Source of the DNA: Asterias rubens
Lineage: Eukaryota
Length of the DNA: 64,000 nucleotides
NCBI RefSeq assembly: GCF_902459465.1
Contig: NC_047064.1
Coordinates: 11,904,001-11,968,000 of the forward strand
Direction of reading: 5' to 3'
Part shown: one piece after another, positions 47,101 through 55,591 of the stretch
Layout: each line of letters starts with the position of its first letter
Position numbering within the stretch: the first letter of the stretch is position 1
Program-made: the position numbers and the translations under genes
The notes under the pieces: model-generated
Database searches by the model: none
What the model was told of the DNA's origin: nothing
What the model saw: only the letters and a program-made list of their open reading frames with translations

Positions 47101-50100
47101 TAGAGTCCCCCCATGTTTTAAGAGCATCAAACATGTCTAACGGTACATATAAAAAGAAAAAAGTTGAAATCACTGTAAAATCAATAATGTCTTCACACAG
47201 GTGCAGGTAATAGAATCATGTGGCCTTTAAACATTTATCAAAGCTTGTTTTTCGTGTGAATACATAATTCCTGTTATCTAAATTATTTGTGTGTTTTTTT
47301 CCCCTTCATTATTGATACTAAAATTGCTCAAAACCGTAGCCCCCACTACTGTTGTCATCGTCGTCGTCGTCCTCGTCGTCGTCGTCCTCGTCCTCGTCGT
47401 CCTCGTCCTCGTTCTCGTTCTCGTTCTCGTCCTTGTCCTTGTCCTCGTCCTCGTCGTCGTTCTCGTTCTCGTTCTCGTTCTCGTTTATTCGAACAATAAC
47501 AATACATGTAATTGCAAATAAAATTATAGTAATAGGGAAAACAAAACAAAAAAATATGTTGAACCAAACTACATAAAGACATTCTTGCTAAATAATGGCA
47601 ACTAAAGCACTGGTCCTGAATGGTGATGACTGACGAAAGGTTTGGATACAACAAGAAACATGTGAAGAATAGATGAGAGAGTAGGGTAGATTGGGAAAGG
47701 ACAGGAAAACAGGATGAGAGAGGGAAGAGCAGGGAACTGAAACCAACAGTTCTTTTCAGAAAGGAAAAGGACAGGAAAACAGACATTATTGATTTGACAG
47801 TGATTTCAACTTTTTTCTTTTTATACGTTAATGCTTAAACATGAGGGGACTCTACGAAAGTAATATTTAATTACATTTTTTGGAAAGTATGTAGGTATGA
47901 AATAAAATACTGAAAACCCATTACTTGTTGATGCTTGGCGAAAATCCTGCACGAATCTCGAAAAGAAACAATTACGGCGACAAGTAGTGATCTAAAAATC
48001 CTCGGAAGCCTGCGATGTGGGTGACGTCATTCAAAGCATTATTAAGGGAATCAATGTGTGGTGAAGAGGTTTTCAACAAGTGGTTTAATCCTAACGAGGC
48101 CTGGTTCTTGATAATTTTACCGAGATGAAGTCGAGGTAAATTATCAAGAACAGGCCTCGGCGGGTTTAAACCATTAGTTGAAAACCGATTCAACACACTT
48201 TGATTCCAATTCATAAATAACTTTTTGGTTAAAAGGCGTAATAAAGTAAGAAACTCTGTAAAACTTATCCGTTTCCGAGTACTTGAGCTCTGTATGTTTC
48301 CACCTCCATGGTATGTTCAGTATACATGTACATGTTACATGCACATGTACAACTCCGTACGCGTGTGTTTTCGGTTCCGTTCGTGGCGCATGCACGTATA
48401 GTCTCGGTGCATTTTCGCTGGTTTTCCTTTCACACACAGCGCGGCCAACTCACCAAACGTCTTGCATCAAGACTAGCGCGGAGTCTCTGCTTACAATTGG
48501 TTATAAACACTGGTCATTATCAACGGTTTAAACACCCCCACGTGACGCGCTCTCCACCAATAGGAATAGCGAAACTGTCTGAGGTATTTATGAATGTGTT
48601 TTTCGTTCCCAACTGTACCATTAAACACAGTGTATTGCTTTAAACCCCTGAATAAAAGTATGCCGATTTACAGGCTCCTGCGATAAAGTTATCACACAAG
48701 CGCGAGTGGAATACAAACAAAATAGCGCGTCTGCGTCCCATATCCAACTCGACTGCGTTTGTGATAATAAAAATTTAACACACGCACGTCTCAGCAACCA
48801 AAATTAAATGGCATCGTACTTGATGTTCAATAAAAAAATGTTTATCGGAAAGAAAAGGGGAAAATTTACATCGTTCACATTAACCGATCAGAGAAAGTTC
48901 ATGCACTGCCATGAACGATGGGTAAATATTTCTATGAATAAAGATGTTTTAAAAAAAATACTGTTTTTGACCAAAAATTACCCAAAAATTGGTCCGTTCA
49001 CGAACTGCAGTTTTAGAGCTTAGTAACAAGCAAATTTGGATTCAGTACCATTAAAAACCCTTGTGCGTCAAATTTCATGCGGTGTTGAGATGGGGACCAA
49101 GGAAGCCAAAAAATATTGTCCGTCGCCCATCAGACATCATCATCATTTGGGTGCATTCGGGCGCATTTCTTTAATGTTAATTGGTTTTACTGTGTTTTTT
49201 CTTTCAGGGTGAAAACAGATCCTGAGAGTTTAAAGAAAATCAGCTTTGGAGCATCATTGTAAGTATTGCAAAACAACATAGGGTGTTGGTCAAAATGTGG
49301 TAAACATGCAAGGCTCAAAGATTTTTTCAGTGACATACATGTATTATATGGAAAGGTTTGCGGCAACACCATGTAATGACTATCTCTAGGTGGTTCTGAA
49401 AAGAACCGTCATGGTTTCAACTCGACGTTTCGATCAGTAGGCTCTGATCGTATTCTGGAGAAAGCTTAAGTACTGTGGAGGCGGATTAGCTTGGTAATGC
49501 ATGAAGGCGGGAAATAGAGGCGGGAAGTGGAGCTCAGTGATGCGTGGTAAAACTGGATCTGGAGCCTTTGGGGTTGTGTGTGGGGAGTGTGTGCTCACTG
49601 AACTGTGTCAGTAGGATCAAGCACACAGAATAACGAGGGTGTGGGGCCTAGACTGAGGGTATCAAAGACCCAAAGCAGTCTAAATAAATAATGGTGTGGG
49701 GGCCTAGGTGACTTGGGTTATAGATGACCCAAAGCAGTCAAAGTGGTGGGTGACTAGTTTGGGGGGGGGGGATAAGACGAAGTTGAGACAGTTGGTGCCT
49801 AGGGAGTGACCGTGGATATCCATTGGTCGGGAGGAGGGGGAGCCAGATGTCACTAATGTGGAAGCCGATGCCTTAGGATGAGGGTTTTGTCTCATGATCC
49901 GGTCCAAGTACATGAAACTAGGATTCTGTTCTGCATATTATTGTTTCTTCAGTCCGTGCCGGACTCTTTATTTCTGTTGCCCTCGCTGAGCTTGAAATCC
50001 TCCCTCATGTAGATGTCTCGATACAAGAGAGTGATCTTGTGGGCTTGCCTATCGGGTTAGATACAGATGCAAGTCAGCCACTCCAGATATTGCCACCTGT

Positions 50101-53100
50101 GCCTCTAAGAAGAATGTCGTCCGCTCCAGCCATAAACTTCCAAGACATCCCCAAGATTATTTCAGAGCGCCTTTTCTGTTTAAAGACCACCTACATATAG
50201 TAGCATATGCTTACTCTCACAGTGAGTGTCTGGTCATTTCTTGTACAGACTTTGCCAGGATGAACACAGGTTGGTCAAAGTAATGACTGGATTTGTCCTA
50301 GATTCAGAAATTTGACAGTTTGTCTCTCAACATCCATTGCATGCTTGATCATAGCAGGAGTGGGGACTTCTCATAGAATAGAGGAGAGTTCTTTGTTTGT
50401 GTGTGAATGCTTTATCCATCTAAGCACCTCTCGACTGGAAACACAACACGACACTCTGGACTTGTCTTTTGGCTGGTGCATTAGCAGAGCAGCTGTCGGG
50501 AAAGAGTGTGCTTTTCCTTTCCAGAAGGGTGATATTTACAGCGTACACTGTATGTTTTTTCTACTTGACTTTTAAAGGCAGTGGACACTATTGGCAACTA
50601 CTCAAAATAATTATTAGCATAAAACCTTTCTTGGGGACGAGATAATGGAGAGGTTGATGGTATAAAACATTGTGAGAAACAGCTCCCTCTGAAGTGCCAT
50701 AGTTTTCGAGAAAGAAGTAATTTTCCACGAATTTGATTTCGAGACCTCAGATTTAGAACTTGAGGTCTCGAAATCAACCATCTAAACAGGCACAACTTCG
50801 TGTGACATGGGTGTTTTTTCTTTCATTATTATCTCGCAAGTTCGATGACCGATTAAGCTCAAATTTTCACAGGTTTGTTATTTTATGCATATGTTGAGAT
50901 ACACCAACTGTGAAGGCTACTCTTTGACAATTACCAATAGTGTCCACTGCCTTTAACATACATGTACTTTGATAAATGAGAACTCATTGAAAGTGTCTTT
51001 TACACTTTTTTATAGTCTCTGTGGTGTGAAATAGTATACAAATAATGAATGTTTATGAGTGCAATATGGTGCGAATATACACAAAACTACTATAAAATGA
51101 TTATAAAATGTGACCAACCGTCGTTTCACAACGTATAATGGTGTTTAGATAGTGTTGTTACTACTTTGAGATATCAAATTCATTGAAACTGTTACATAAC
51201 CAACGGGGGAACAGTTTAAGTCAGAGAATAGACACTAAAGTGTAGATTCGTGACTGCATTGTACTTGCCTTCGGCTCATACATTCTATTCACAAATCTAC
51301 ACTTTCTTGTCCAAATTCTCCTTTACTGAATACAGTGGTCTATATGTATGGGCAATAATGTCTGTGATGACAATCCTAACATAAAGCACACATAACTAGA
51401 CATGATTGCATTTGTACACATCACAAATGCCGAGCTGTTTCGTCAATTAATTGTTAAAAAATAACTCATCTCAATATAAATTTAAAAAATTGTATTCCAA
51501 GCAGTTATGACAACAAGTTCGCACTAATACTTCATGAGTTATATGACTTAAAAAGTTACACCTTTAATGCCACTTCACGTGACCCTCGATGACGTCATTG
51601 ATCTAAAACTTCACACATGATGGCTGCCTGACAATCAACATATGTGTAATTTTTACGTGATTCTACAAAACTTCACCTACACATCTTCAAAAAGTCAATT
51701 TTGAAGATTTTCAACCTATCCCTAGAGGGCGCTGTTGTAATTTGTGACGTCATCAATATTTTTTTAACTGCCCACCCTTGCCAGACACTAACATCGTTGA
51801 AAGCAACTTCATACCTTTTGCCAATTTTGAATTGAAGGGGCACATAGGTCATGTGAGGTCACGCACACAAAACAAAATGAAGACCTAATTTATCCCTACC
51901 CAATTCCCCAAACAGAAATCTACGGTCTCTTGTGGTTGATTTGATATAGATTTTCAAAGATACGCTGAGCAATCAATGGATTTTTAAATTTTGAGTGTAT
52001 CGGCGTGTATTCATAGCGAGTTGGACGTACATGTATGCATACAGTATTAGTAACTTACTAGAACGTTTCCATAAGGAATGCATATTGCTGGCGTTGACAA
52101 CTTATGTCCTACGATAGTCTAACTACTGCATAGTGCGCGGCAGCATTGCCGATGTACATGTAGTAGCCTACAACGAGGGTGCCTCTCGATGATTGAAATA
52201 ATAACTGCACTTGACATCGTAGTATCCTGCGAACCCAATTTGTATATAAATACCGATTCCCTTAAATGCTGCCATTACGCCATTATATGGTAGCTGTAAG
52301 TTAGAAACATGTTCAGTAAGTTCTGTGGTCATCTAGAACATGTCAAATATGTCTGACATACATGTGGGTTCAAAGCATTGAGGTTAAACATAAGTTTTGG
52401 GTGTACGCTAGACATTGGGCCGTATAAATAAAAACTAGCAATTACTTATTAAGTAAAAGATCAGGCATGAGCATTTGTTCAAATCTCTATAAATAATCTT
52501 TTACTTGACTAACTTTTTACTTGACTCGGGATAAGTAAAAGATCGTACTAGTAAGTAAAAGCAATTACTTGGATTTTTAAGTAAATGCTCGCGGGATTAC
52601 CTTCACTTATAGACATATAAATAAAAACGACCTTTTCCTAACATCCTGTAGCAATATTACTTGTAGTTTTACAAGCTACTGCATGAGGATCTTGAGATTT
52701 TACTTGCACAACAGTGTTGCATATATGGCTCGGTATCGGGTCAGTATTAAAGGGTTATTTTTCCCTTGGCCTAATGATCCAACAATAAATGTTACTTATA
52801 AATTTGTTATGTACTTTAATTGCTCTAAAAGTACCAATCTCTGGAGCTCTGGCGTGGAGAGGCTGGCTGTTTCCTCATCATAGACACTGCCGCCATAAAA
52901 AACTTGTTAATTGCCTATGAGTCCATGCCCGCTATTGTTACTCCTGAATACCCCGCCAATGTGCTGTTCTCTGACCATTTACTAATCCGTTTAAGTAAAT
53001 GGTGTTTAGTCCAGTAAAAAAAGGTTATGTATAAAGATTTGAGCAAGTGCTCATGCCTGATCTTTTATTATCAACCTTTTGCTAATGCTGGCCTTTATAC

Positions 53101-55591
53101 GGCTCAGTAGCTTGTAAGACTACAAGTAAATGCTACAGGACAATAATAAAAGGTTGGTTTTATTTACATGTCAATAAGAAGATTCCCTCACGCAAGTGCT
53201 GTTACTTACAAGCTCGACTAGTTCCTAGCAAGTTAAAGCTACTTTTATTTATAACGATTTACGTAAAAGGCTAGTAAAAGCAAATGCTAGTTTTTGATTA
53301 TACGGCCCATTATCTTGACGTATGTCGATTTATTATTAACTTACAAGTAATGTGTGCCAACATGTGTCAACGATCGTACTTACCTACAACTTATGTGGAA
53401 CTTATGAGCCACACGCTGAGAAATTGTGTGCATGCACAAAATTTCTTGACAACTTCGCCTTACAACGCATATATCACTGTGTTTCAGCATGCTCTTAACT
53501 TATACAAAACTTACCCATAACTTATTCGAGGTACGCTACACATGTAGCATATTTGCCAAAATTGTCATAGGTCGGCATATGCTGGCTTAAACGTCAAGAT
53601 GTGCAGGGCCTTAACAAGCATAATGTTGTGTAAAAGTTCTGTATGCACTATATGCTTGTTTTGTGGAAACCGTCTCAACTTTTTTGGGGCAAGGAGAGAT
53701 TATGTCGAGTGCATGCACGCACATAATGTACCTCTTAATGTACAGGCCACAACAACAAAACAAGTTTTCTAACAAAATTTTATGTGTCTTTGTATGCTGA
53801 AAGGCATGGTACCAGCAAGCCAGTCACATCTAAACAACAAAAGCAATCAGTAGGAAATTCACGCCCCCTGAATCGTATCAGAGCTGGTCGAGGAAGAGCT
53901 CGCACAAGGTTAGTTTTGTTTTCACAGTTATAATGAAAGAATTAAATGACGAATACCCTTTTGTTTAAGAGATGTTAACTTTGCATCAGAATAAATAATA
54001 TCATTTTGTTTTTACCATACACACTGTATACTCTGTACATGTACAGTGTATGTACTTTCCAGAGTTCTGTAAAAGAGTTAGGTGGTCTAGAAGACAATTT
54101 ATAATAACAAGTCCAAAACCAGAATCATTTAAGTTGTCTTATTTACTTTAAGGAACAAGTTGCCTGGATCGGTCGAGTTGGTCTTTGAAAAGCGTTTGTA
54201 ACCGTTTGTTATAAAATGCATATGGTTAGAAGGATGTTGTTTAAAGTAGAATACAATAATCCACACAAATTTGCCTCGAAATTGCGTGGTTTTCCTTTTA
54301 CTTTGCGAACTAACACGGTCGGCCATCCATAAATAGCCGACTGTGTTAGTCAACGAGGTAAAAGGAAAACCAATCAAGTTCGAGTGATACTTGTGTGGAT
54401 CATTATATTCTACTTTTAAAATATCTTTCTAGTCATCATGGTCATATGCATTTTATAACAAATGGTTACAAACGCTTTTCAAATACCAACTTGATCGATC
54501 CAAGGCAACGTGTTCCTTTAAACTGTACAAGTTTTATTAAGGGAATCAATGTGTGGAGAAGAGGTTTTAAACTAGTGGTTTAAACCCGCTGAGGCCTGGT
54601 TCTTGATAATTTTACCGAGGTGAACTTTAATACACTTTACATAATTCCCATTCATATATACCTTTACCTTCATAATGTTTTTTTTTAAAACAGTAAATTT
54701 GAGAATGAAATTCTGCTACAGTGTGCTAGCTTTGCCCCTCGCCGCTCGCCACTCACTCGTCCCGTACGCGATTTATTGGTTATTTTCTATCCATGTTGAT
54801 GGACCAATTTAATAATAAATGAAACTAACATCTTGTTTCTGCTTCTCATAACAGCTAATCACGCGCGACCATTGATCTCCATTATACTGACTGGATAGGA
54901 CATCGCCCTATGCTGCGTGCATAAACATGCGGCCGAACAATGGCGGCGCAATTCCTTCAAATAGGTTGTTGTGCACTTGGTTCAGTCTATGTAGTGTCAG
55001 TTGAAGGTGTTTTGAAAATTGAGATTGTTGTATAGGAATGAGGAGAAAATCAGTCATCATGGTCATAACTCCACTATCGTATACTGTACATGTATTTTTG
55101 CTGAAGTTTCCCATCAATCAAATTAACCATAGGCCTATATTTTATAAGAAAAATGGCCTGATTACCTGGTGATCTAAACTAGTTTGAGTTATGCTAACTG
55201 TTCCATTAGGTTTGTAAAATGTTAAGTTGAAATAAGGACTGATTCATTCTCTCCGCAGGTAAGTAACAAAATAAAGGCACAATTTAATCTACATTGTGAC
55301 AGCATGCAGGTTGCCATAAATATGGCAGCATCCCATATTAGTGTGGCATCATGTGAGAACTATCTTACCATTTTCTGAAGTTTTCCATTTTATACTTCCA
55401 GTTCGTGGACAATAGAAGGATCTCTTCGTGATGGGAAAAAAACAGAAAAGTTCCATGAAGAAAATTTGAAGATGGAATTGCAGAAGGTTAAAAATGAAAA
55501 ACAAAACACACTTGAACAATTAATTCGACTGGAGGAAAAACAAGAGAAACAGCAACAGTACCTTAAAGTTGAAGCGAATAAGGTTGCAGAG
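17163..55591 (+). CDS. Unidentified spliced host gene, partial model. Exons 17163-17277, 17505-17664, 21796-21872, 33099-33170, 41372-41438, 49208-49258, 53804-53908, 55402-55591
   Basis: Each exon has a pyrimidine-rich AG acceptor, a GT donor and a stop-free frame. Phases chain 2>0, 0>1, 1>0, then 1>1, 1>2, 2>2, 2>2, 2>0; the one mismatch (21872 to 33099) implies at least one missed exon. The last exon encodes a coiled-coil-like peptide (LKMELQKVKNEKQNTLEQLIRLEEKQEKQQQ). Confidence 0.65.
17729..17838 (+). mobile_element. Isolated right-terminus fragment of DIRS family A
   Basis: AAAACTCTTAGC...GGGAACAATGCAATTGTAGTATTC...GCTCGTAGACCCACCCACAC...GGGGTGGGGGT is closely similar to 5839-5945. Confidence 0.88.
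18130..19345. repeat. Two diverged copies of a non-autonomous repeat in inverted orientation (~18130-18420 and ~19010-19345)
   Basis: For example GGTTAGACCTAGACAAAATTGCAACAGAAATGATTTT versus the reverse complement of AAAATCATTTTGTGTTGCTATTTTGTCTAGGTCAAGCC. Confidence 0.55.
19421..19934. repeat. 190-bp tandem repeat, about 2.7 copies
   Basis: Units start CTGCTG(C/A)TTCAAT at 19421, 19611 and 19801. Confidence 0.92.
19935..20880 (-). mobile_element. Degenerate CR1-type LINE fragment
   Basis: Minus-strand GVP.GSVLGPSLLLLYINNLPD, LYKTTIHPLLEYCCHIWAG and RCRTKSYSSSFFP..SLWNSLPAACFP. Confidence 0.85.
22051..22428 (-). mobile_element. TTAA-flanked MITE (Kolobok-like), family 1, diverged copy
   Basis: TIRs ...GGACACTATTG / CAATAGTGTCCACTG; the interior is the reverse complement of 50576-50952. 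Confidence 0.8.
23513..26086. repeat. Satellite array, 59-bp monomer with a 57-bp variant (about 44 units)
   Basis: Monomer ACAATGCACTGTCACAGTGTTCGGAGTTCACT(C/T)GACACACGCTGCAGTCATTGTAGT(AC); period 59 (23522, 23581, 23640). Confidence 0.99.
26084..26232 (+). repeat. DIRS-B left extension and left ITR
   Basis: AGTCCACTTCAGGGGACTCCCTTACCTGTTAAACCTACAATTTGCATA is the reverse complement of ICR 31807-31854; the remainder pairs with the right ITR. Confidence 0.97.
26483..28672 (+). CDS. DIRS gag-like ORF1 (729 aa); N-terminal Cys/His cluster, Ser/Arg-rich middle, LAP2alpha-like C-terminal region
   Basis: ATG start. CSSC..H..CPRCRPC..SCSVC..W. The C-terminal half is homologous to DIRS-A ORF1. The LAP2alpha label comes from general knowledge of DIRS1 gag proteins, not from a search. 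Confidence 0.92.
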   Translation: MADSRKSKRGVTPKNFVPCSSCRRIKPRPEQDLHALCPRCRPCNRQVSCSVCKDWGSADWEAVAAWVRSRSPSGESAASASSGAVSRAKKTTSAGRSPLSGVMPKGSLATGKASGHTTKSVPVRPPEFSIVTGAESPSKITQSGEMSQAVLSDGSDTAPPAGQPVIASKRKQGKKKGTSRAKAVPAVQVATGHVSPGETGTDSGKTGTVPGNTSARPKTLAGVYVAPAPSHGQHRSRDKSDGEERHRRKRRRRYTSSSSSSSSSRSPRGHRRHHSKREDPTSALLLQGFRELTASITSLIPKPTAPAQPVAPPEPRQVLPRMEDVMSITVSDSFSDPGSVSDRDPRRVSAAVAVPDTEQSSGNEETVPLTQRRDNRERPPGREDDSSGDESSYQSTTDQRLRMVMKDMVRVLHIPSNEEPDPVDGARQSFKRRTAPVEPKEFFPVLPIDRLCADRMNALSEVKKIRPFVRRETRPFRVPQADFDNFLSVPPMPATVRDKITADSGGRSTLKSPFPSKEKNVFEESLIKIDTASRAGIRVACFLQLLSEYLVCSCEADSPVSPEETETAFRCLDDGLRLCMDQFMRVSLMTINARRTNVLDTIFVPSDGLRSNLESLPRLSSDLFGGKFQEVMQAEAKRIKATDKINLNKQSSQGGSSRPARGNSGATKGKTFPRKPLKPFAPNPSGSAFKPTTTVVQSQAFGSRSRGRAGFTPRSKASRGGYRGGAWRR
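28673..30740 (+). CDS. DIRS RT / RNase H / N6-adenine-methyltransferase-like ORF (open from 28521; true start unknown)
   Basis: DLKDAYLHVP, LPFGLSTAPRVFTR, YLDD; TDAS, HINVLEL, KSDN, ADALSR; HIDLFAS, AYAFPP. No stops or frameshifts. Confidence 0.96.
28739..31630 (+). CDS. DIRS tyrosine recombinase ORF (963 codons; first ATG at 28919); N-terminal ~2 kb overlaps the RT ORF
   Basis: ARRRSELHAL (R), FLTKNQ (K), AHDTR (HxxR) and AAWKIPSTFTSCYLRD (W, Y): catalytic set complete. Confidence 0.96.
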   Translation: MGPFVQRRVGTKNGSFRLQNRVYKYSPVCIPTENNTDSNRPNQASCSGVGDIRPLAKTSHMQSANRGCESRVFLNLFSSSKEKHRRMATDFKPSAIKQICPTKTVSDGVAADSFGCITHSNLGSVDRSKGCLSTCSDVGRTSSVPTVLLRPKDLRISDTTVRPFHCPEGVYTAGESRSRNPPATSGTDFCLPGRLAHCWGDKGGNKLGTQTNCKHHFGVRFSDQHRKIAAKSDKAPSFLRSKTGPPARTSFSYRGSSPQSFGLHHSVQNCQCGPSSGMASAIGPNGKHGGRTPMVQIADAPDTVASTCILPTMYSPYPAASANPKYDLPPPGLVVAANKHHGGTDFPTTATYLNSGDRCLQHRLGGTHWNGISSGLLVPGGQSIPHQCPRTARSFSGTETFCQNSDRGSGPHKIGQLNGCLLHKPPGRNAFPAVVHAHMGASALVPGETDQSYGGPLSRKAEYHGGCSVSGEGPSNRMDSAPGSGSIDLPSMGSSSHRSVCVGTEPSVTGVLYTQPGSEGMGSRRFFHQLEKHASIRVSPDLASTKGTDKDRGGRVQNHPHRTILATPALVSENSSPLVQAADNSTGAIRPTASTTVPDPATRGRVPPPNILDAVKQSLRSAGLSADAASLAAQGRRLSTRRTYDSRLRHYHRWCEEHTYDPCTTPLAVVGDFFMYLFHKDLTISTIRGYRSAIAAVHKGFADGSTVSNNASLAQLLRGMYVERPPSRKLVPSWDLAQVLKVLAEPPYEPLANAPLLDLSVKTVFLLATATARRRSELHALSVEPGHIRWEPSGVRLVPRQGFLTKNQSPSFLPPPIFVPDLKSFSSVPQDKLWCPVRALKWYLAQTKPLRGDTTQLFISTNKPHKAVSADSISRWIVTAIQASIKDWPKVPDIRVNAHDTRAMTTSWAYFKGVPIQDILQAAAWKIPSTFTSCYLRDVLQAEGRTGRTALSIGASKEGSTLE
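31807..32127 (+). repeat. DIRS-B ICR, right ITR and right extension
   Basis: The ICR encodes the circle junction (GAAGTGG-ACT-CCCCCAAATC); 31852-31911 is the reverse complement of 32068-32127. Confidence 0.97.
32128..32296. repeat. Continuation of the 59/57-bp satellite (about 3 units)
   Basis: Same monomer resumes ACAATGCACTG immediately after the element. Confidence 0.98.
34377..34666 (+). mobile_element. tRNA-headed SINE with Deu-like core and L2-type tail; tail continues at 38229-38281 beyond the Gypsy insertion
   Basis: B box GGTTCAAATCC; core GACACTTGTGTCCTTGAGCAAG...AAATGGGTACC; tail GTAAAGCGCATTGATACG|GTTATTGTGAAATGCGCTATATA...(TTA)n. Confidence 0.75.
35492..36346 (-). pseudogene. 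Gypsy integrase (frameshifted from pol, premature stop)
   Basis: HHCC zinc finger and DDE core motifs present. Confidence 0.88.
36190..37779 (-). pseudogene. Gypsy gag fused in frame to RT thumb and RNase H (protease and RT core deleted)
   Basis: ...PFLGEVTSNSDYW|SPSGRYCFNCSKHSIKFLGHVI...; no protease D(T/S)G or RT YxDD motif in the ORF. Confidence 0.85.
38289..38631. mobile_element. TTAA-flanked MITE family 2; inverted copy at 41532-41897
   Basis: TTAA|AGCAATTGAACACTTT...AAAGTGTCCAATGGCT|TTAA; the interior is the reverse complement of the 41.5-kb copy. Confidence 0.8.
41532..41897. mobile_element. TTAA-flanked MITE family 2
   Basis: TTAA on both sides; inverted relative of 38289-38631. 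Confidence 0.8.
42929..42974 (+). ncRNA. Penelope-type minimal type I hammerhead ribozyme-like motif
   Basis: GTCTA-CTGATGA-T-GACTAG-AGCAAG-CTAGTT-GAAA-TCGTT-GAGAC: intact CUGANGA and GAAA core, stem II, short stem I. Confidence 0.55.
42977..43054 (+). mobile_element. tRNA-like SINE head (same family as 34377)
   Basis: GTCATGGCCGAGCGGATAAG...GGGTTCAAATCTCGGTCGTGACACTTGT. Confidence 0.7.
43055..43529 (+). mobile_element. 3' end of an L2/CR1-group LINE
   Basis: RTFNFRGAKAWNNLPLNLKSL peptide, T-rich 3' UTR and (AAAT)n tail. Confidence 0.55.
43660..44960 (-). mobile_element. Degenerate LTR-retrotransposon gag remnant with PBS
   Basis: 14-nt PBS TGGTGGCAGCGGTG (complement of 44902-44915) lies 5 nt from a ...TTACA LTR-like end. 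Downstream knuckle remnant ECKQVGHRRAQCP. Confidence 0.6.
46237..46573. repeat. 33-bp minisatellite, about 10 copies
   Basis: Unit ACTTGCATGTAAGCTGTGGCAATGTAACAATAA; a single G>T variant at ~46509. Confidence 0.98.
46870..47002 (+). mobile_element. Penelope-like terminal repeat with a degenerate hammerhead motif; inverted copy at ~49340-49465
   Basis: CTC-CAGTAGA-CGATCAG-AGCATA-CTGATG-GAAA-CGTC-AAG, followed by TTGAAACCAACGGTTCTTTTCAGAACC...GAGATAGTCATTAC. Confidence 0.6.
47071..47884. repeat. Foldback unit: ~110-120-bp inverted arms around a compound microsatellite
   Basis: 47071-47192 is the imperfect reverse complement of 47781-47884. (CGT/CCT/TCT)n tract at 47356-47484 and a purine-rich tract at ~47660-47780. 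Confidence 0.85.
48042..48212. repeat. Palindromic ~170-bp element; half copy at 54537-54620
   Basis: GAATCAATGTGTG...GAGGCCTGGTTCTTGATAATTTTA / TAAATTATCAAGAACAGGCCTC...CACACTTTGATTC. Confidence 0.8.
49340..49465 (-). mobile_element. Penelope-like terminal repeat with a degenerate hammerhead motif
   Basis: Minus strand of 49421-49460 reads CTC-CAGAATA-CGATCAG-AGCCTA-CTGATC-GAAA-CGTC-GAG. Confidence 0.6.
50576..50952 (+). mobile_element. TTAA-flanked MITE (Kolobok-like), family 1, complete
   Basis: TTAA|AGGCAGTGGACACTATTGG...CCAATAGTGTCCACTGCCT|TTAA: perfect TIRs and TTAA duplication. Confidence 0.9.
52416..53108. repeat. Foldback repeat with ~70-bp inverted arms and AAGTAA/TTACTT-rich interior
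   Basis: AAAAGATCAGGCATGAGCATTTGTTCAAATCT versus AGATTTGAGCAAGTGCTCATGCCTGATCTTTT. Confidence 0.7.
54151..54517. mobile_element. MITE family 3 (Kolobok-like, TTAA-type ends); terminal fragment also at ~6083-6115
   Basis: AGGAACAAGTTGCC-TGGATCG...CGATCCAAGGCAACGTGTTCCT|TTAA. Confidence 0.75.

Noticed and set aside
47287-47786. Poly-Ser, poly-Arg and Val/Leu ORFs
   Set aside because: Translations of the compound microsatellite.
49465-50560. Penelope GIY-YIG/RT ORF next to the hammerhead-like repeat
   Set aside because: GC-richer sequence, but I could not recognise any RT or GIY-YIG motif.
55211-55258. Extra exon ending in CAG|GTAAGT
   Set aside because: All three frames from the nearest acceptor contain stops; it does not fit the coding chain.
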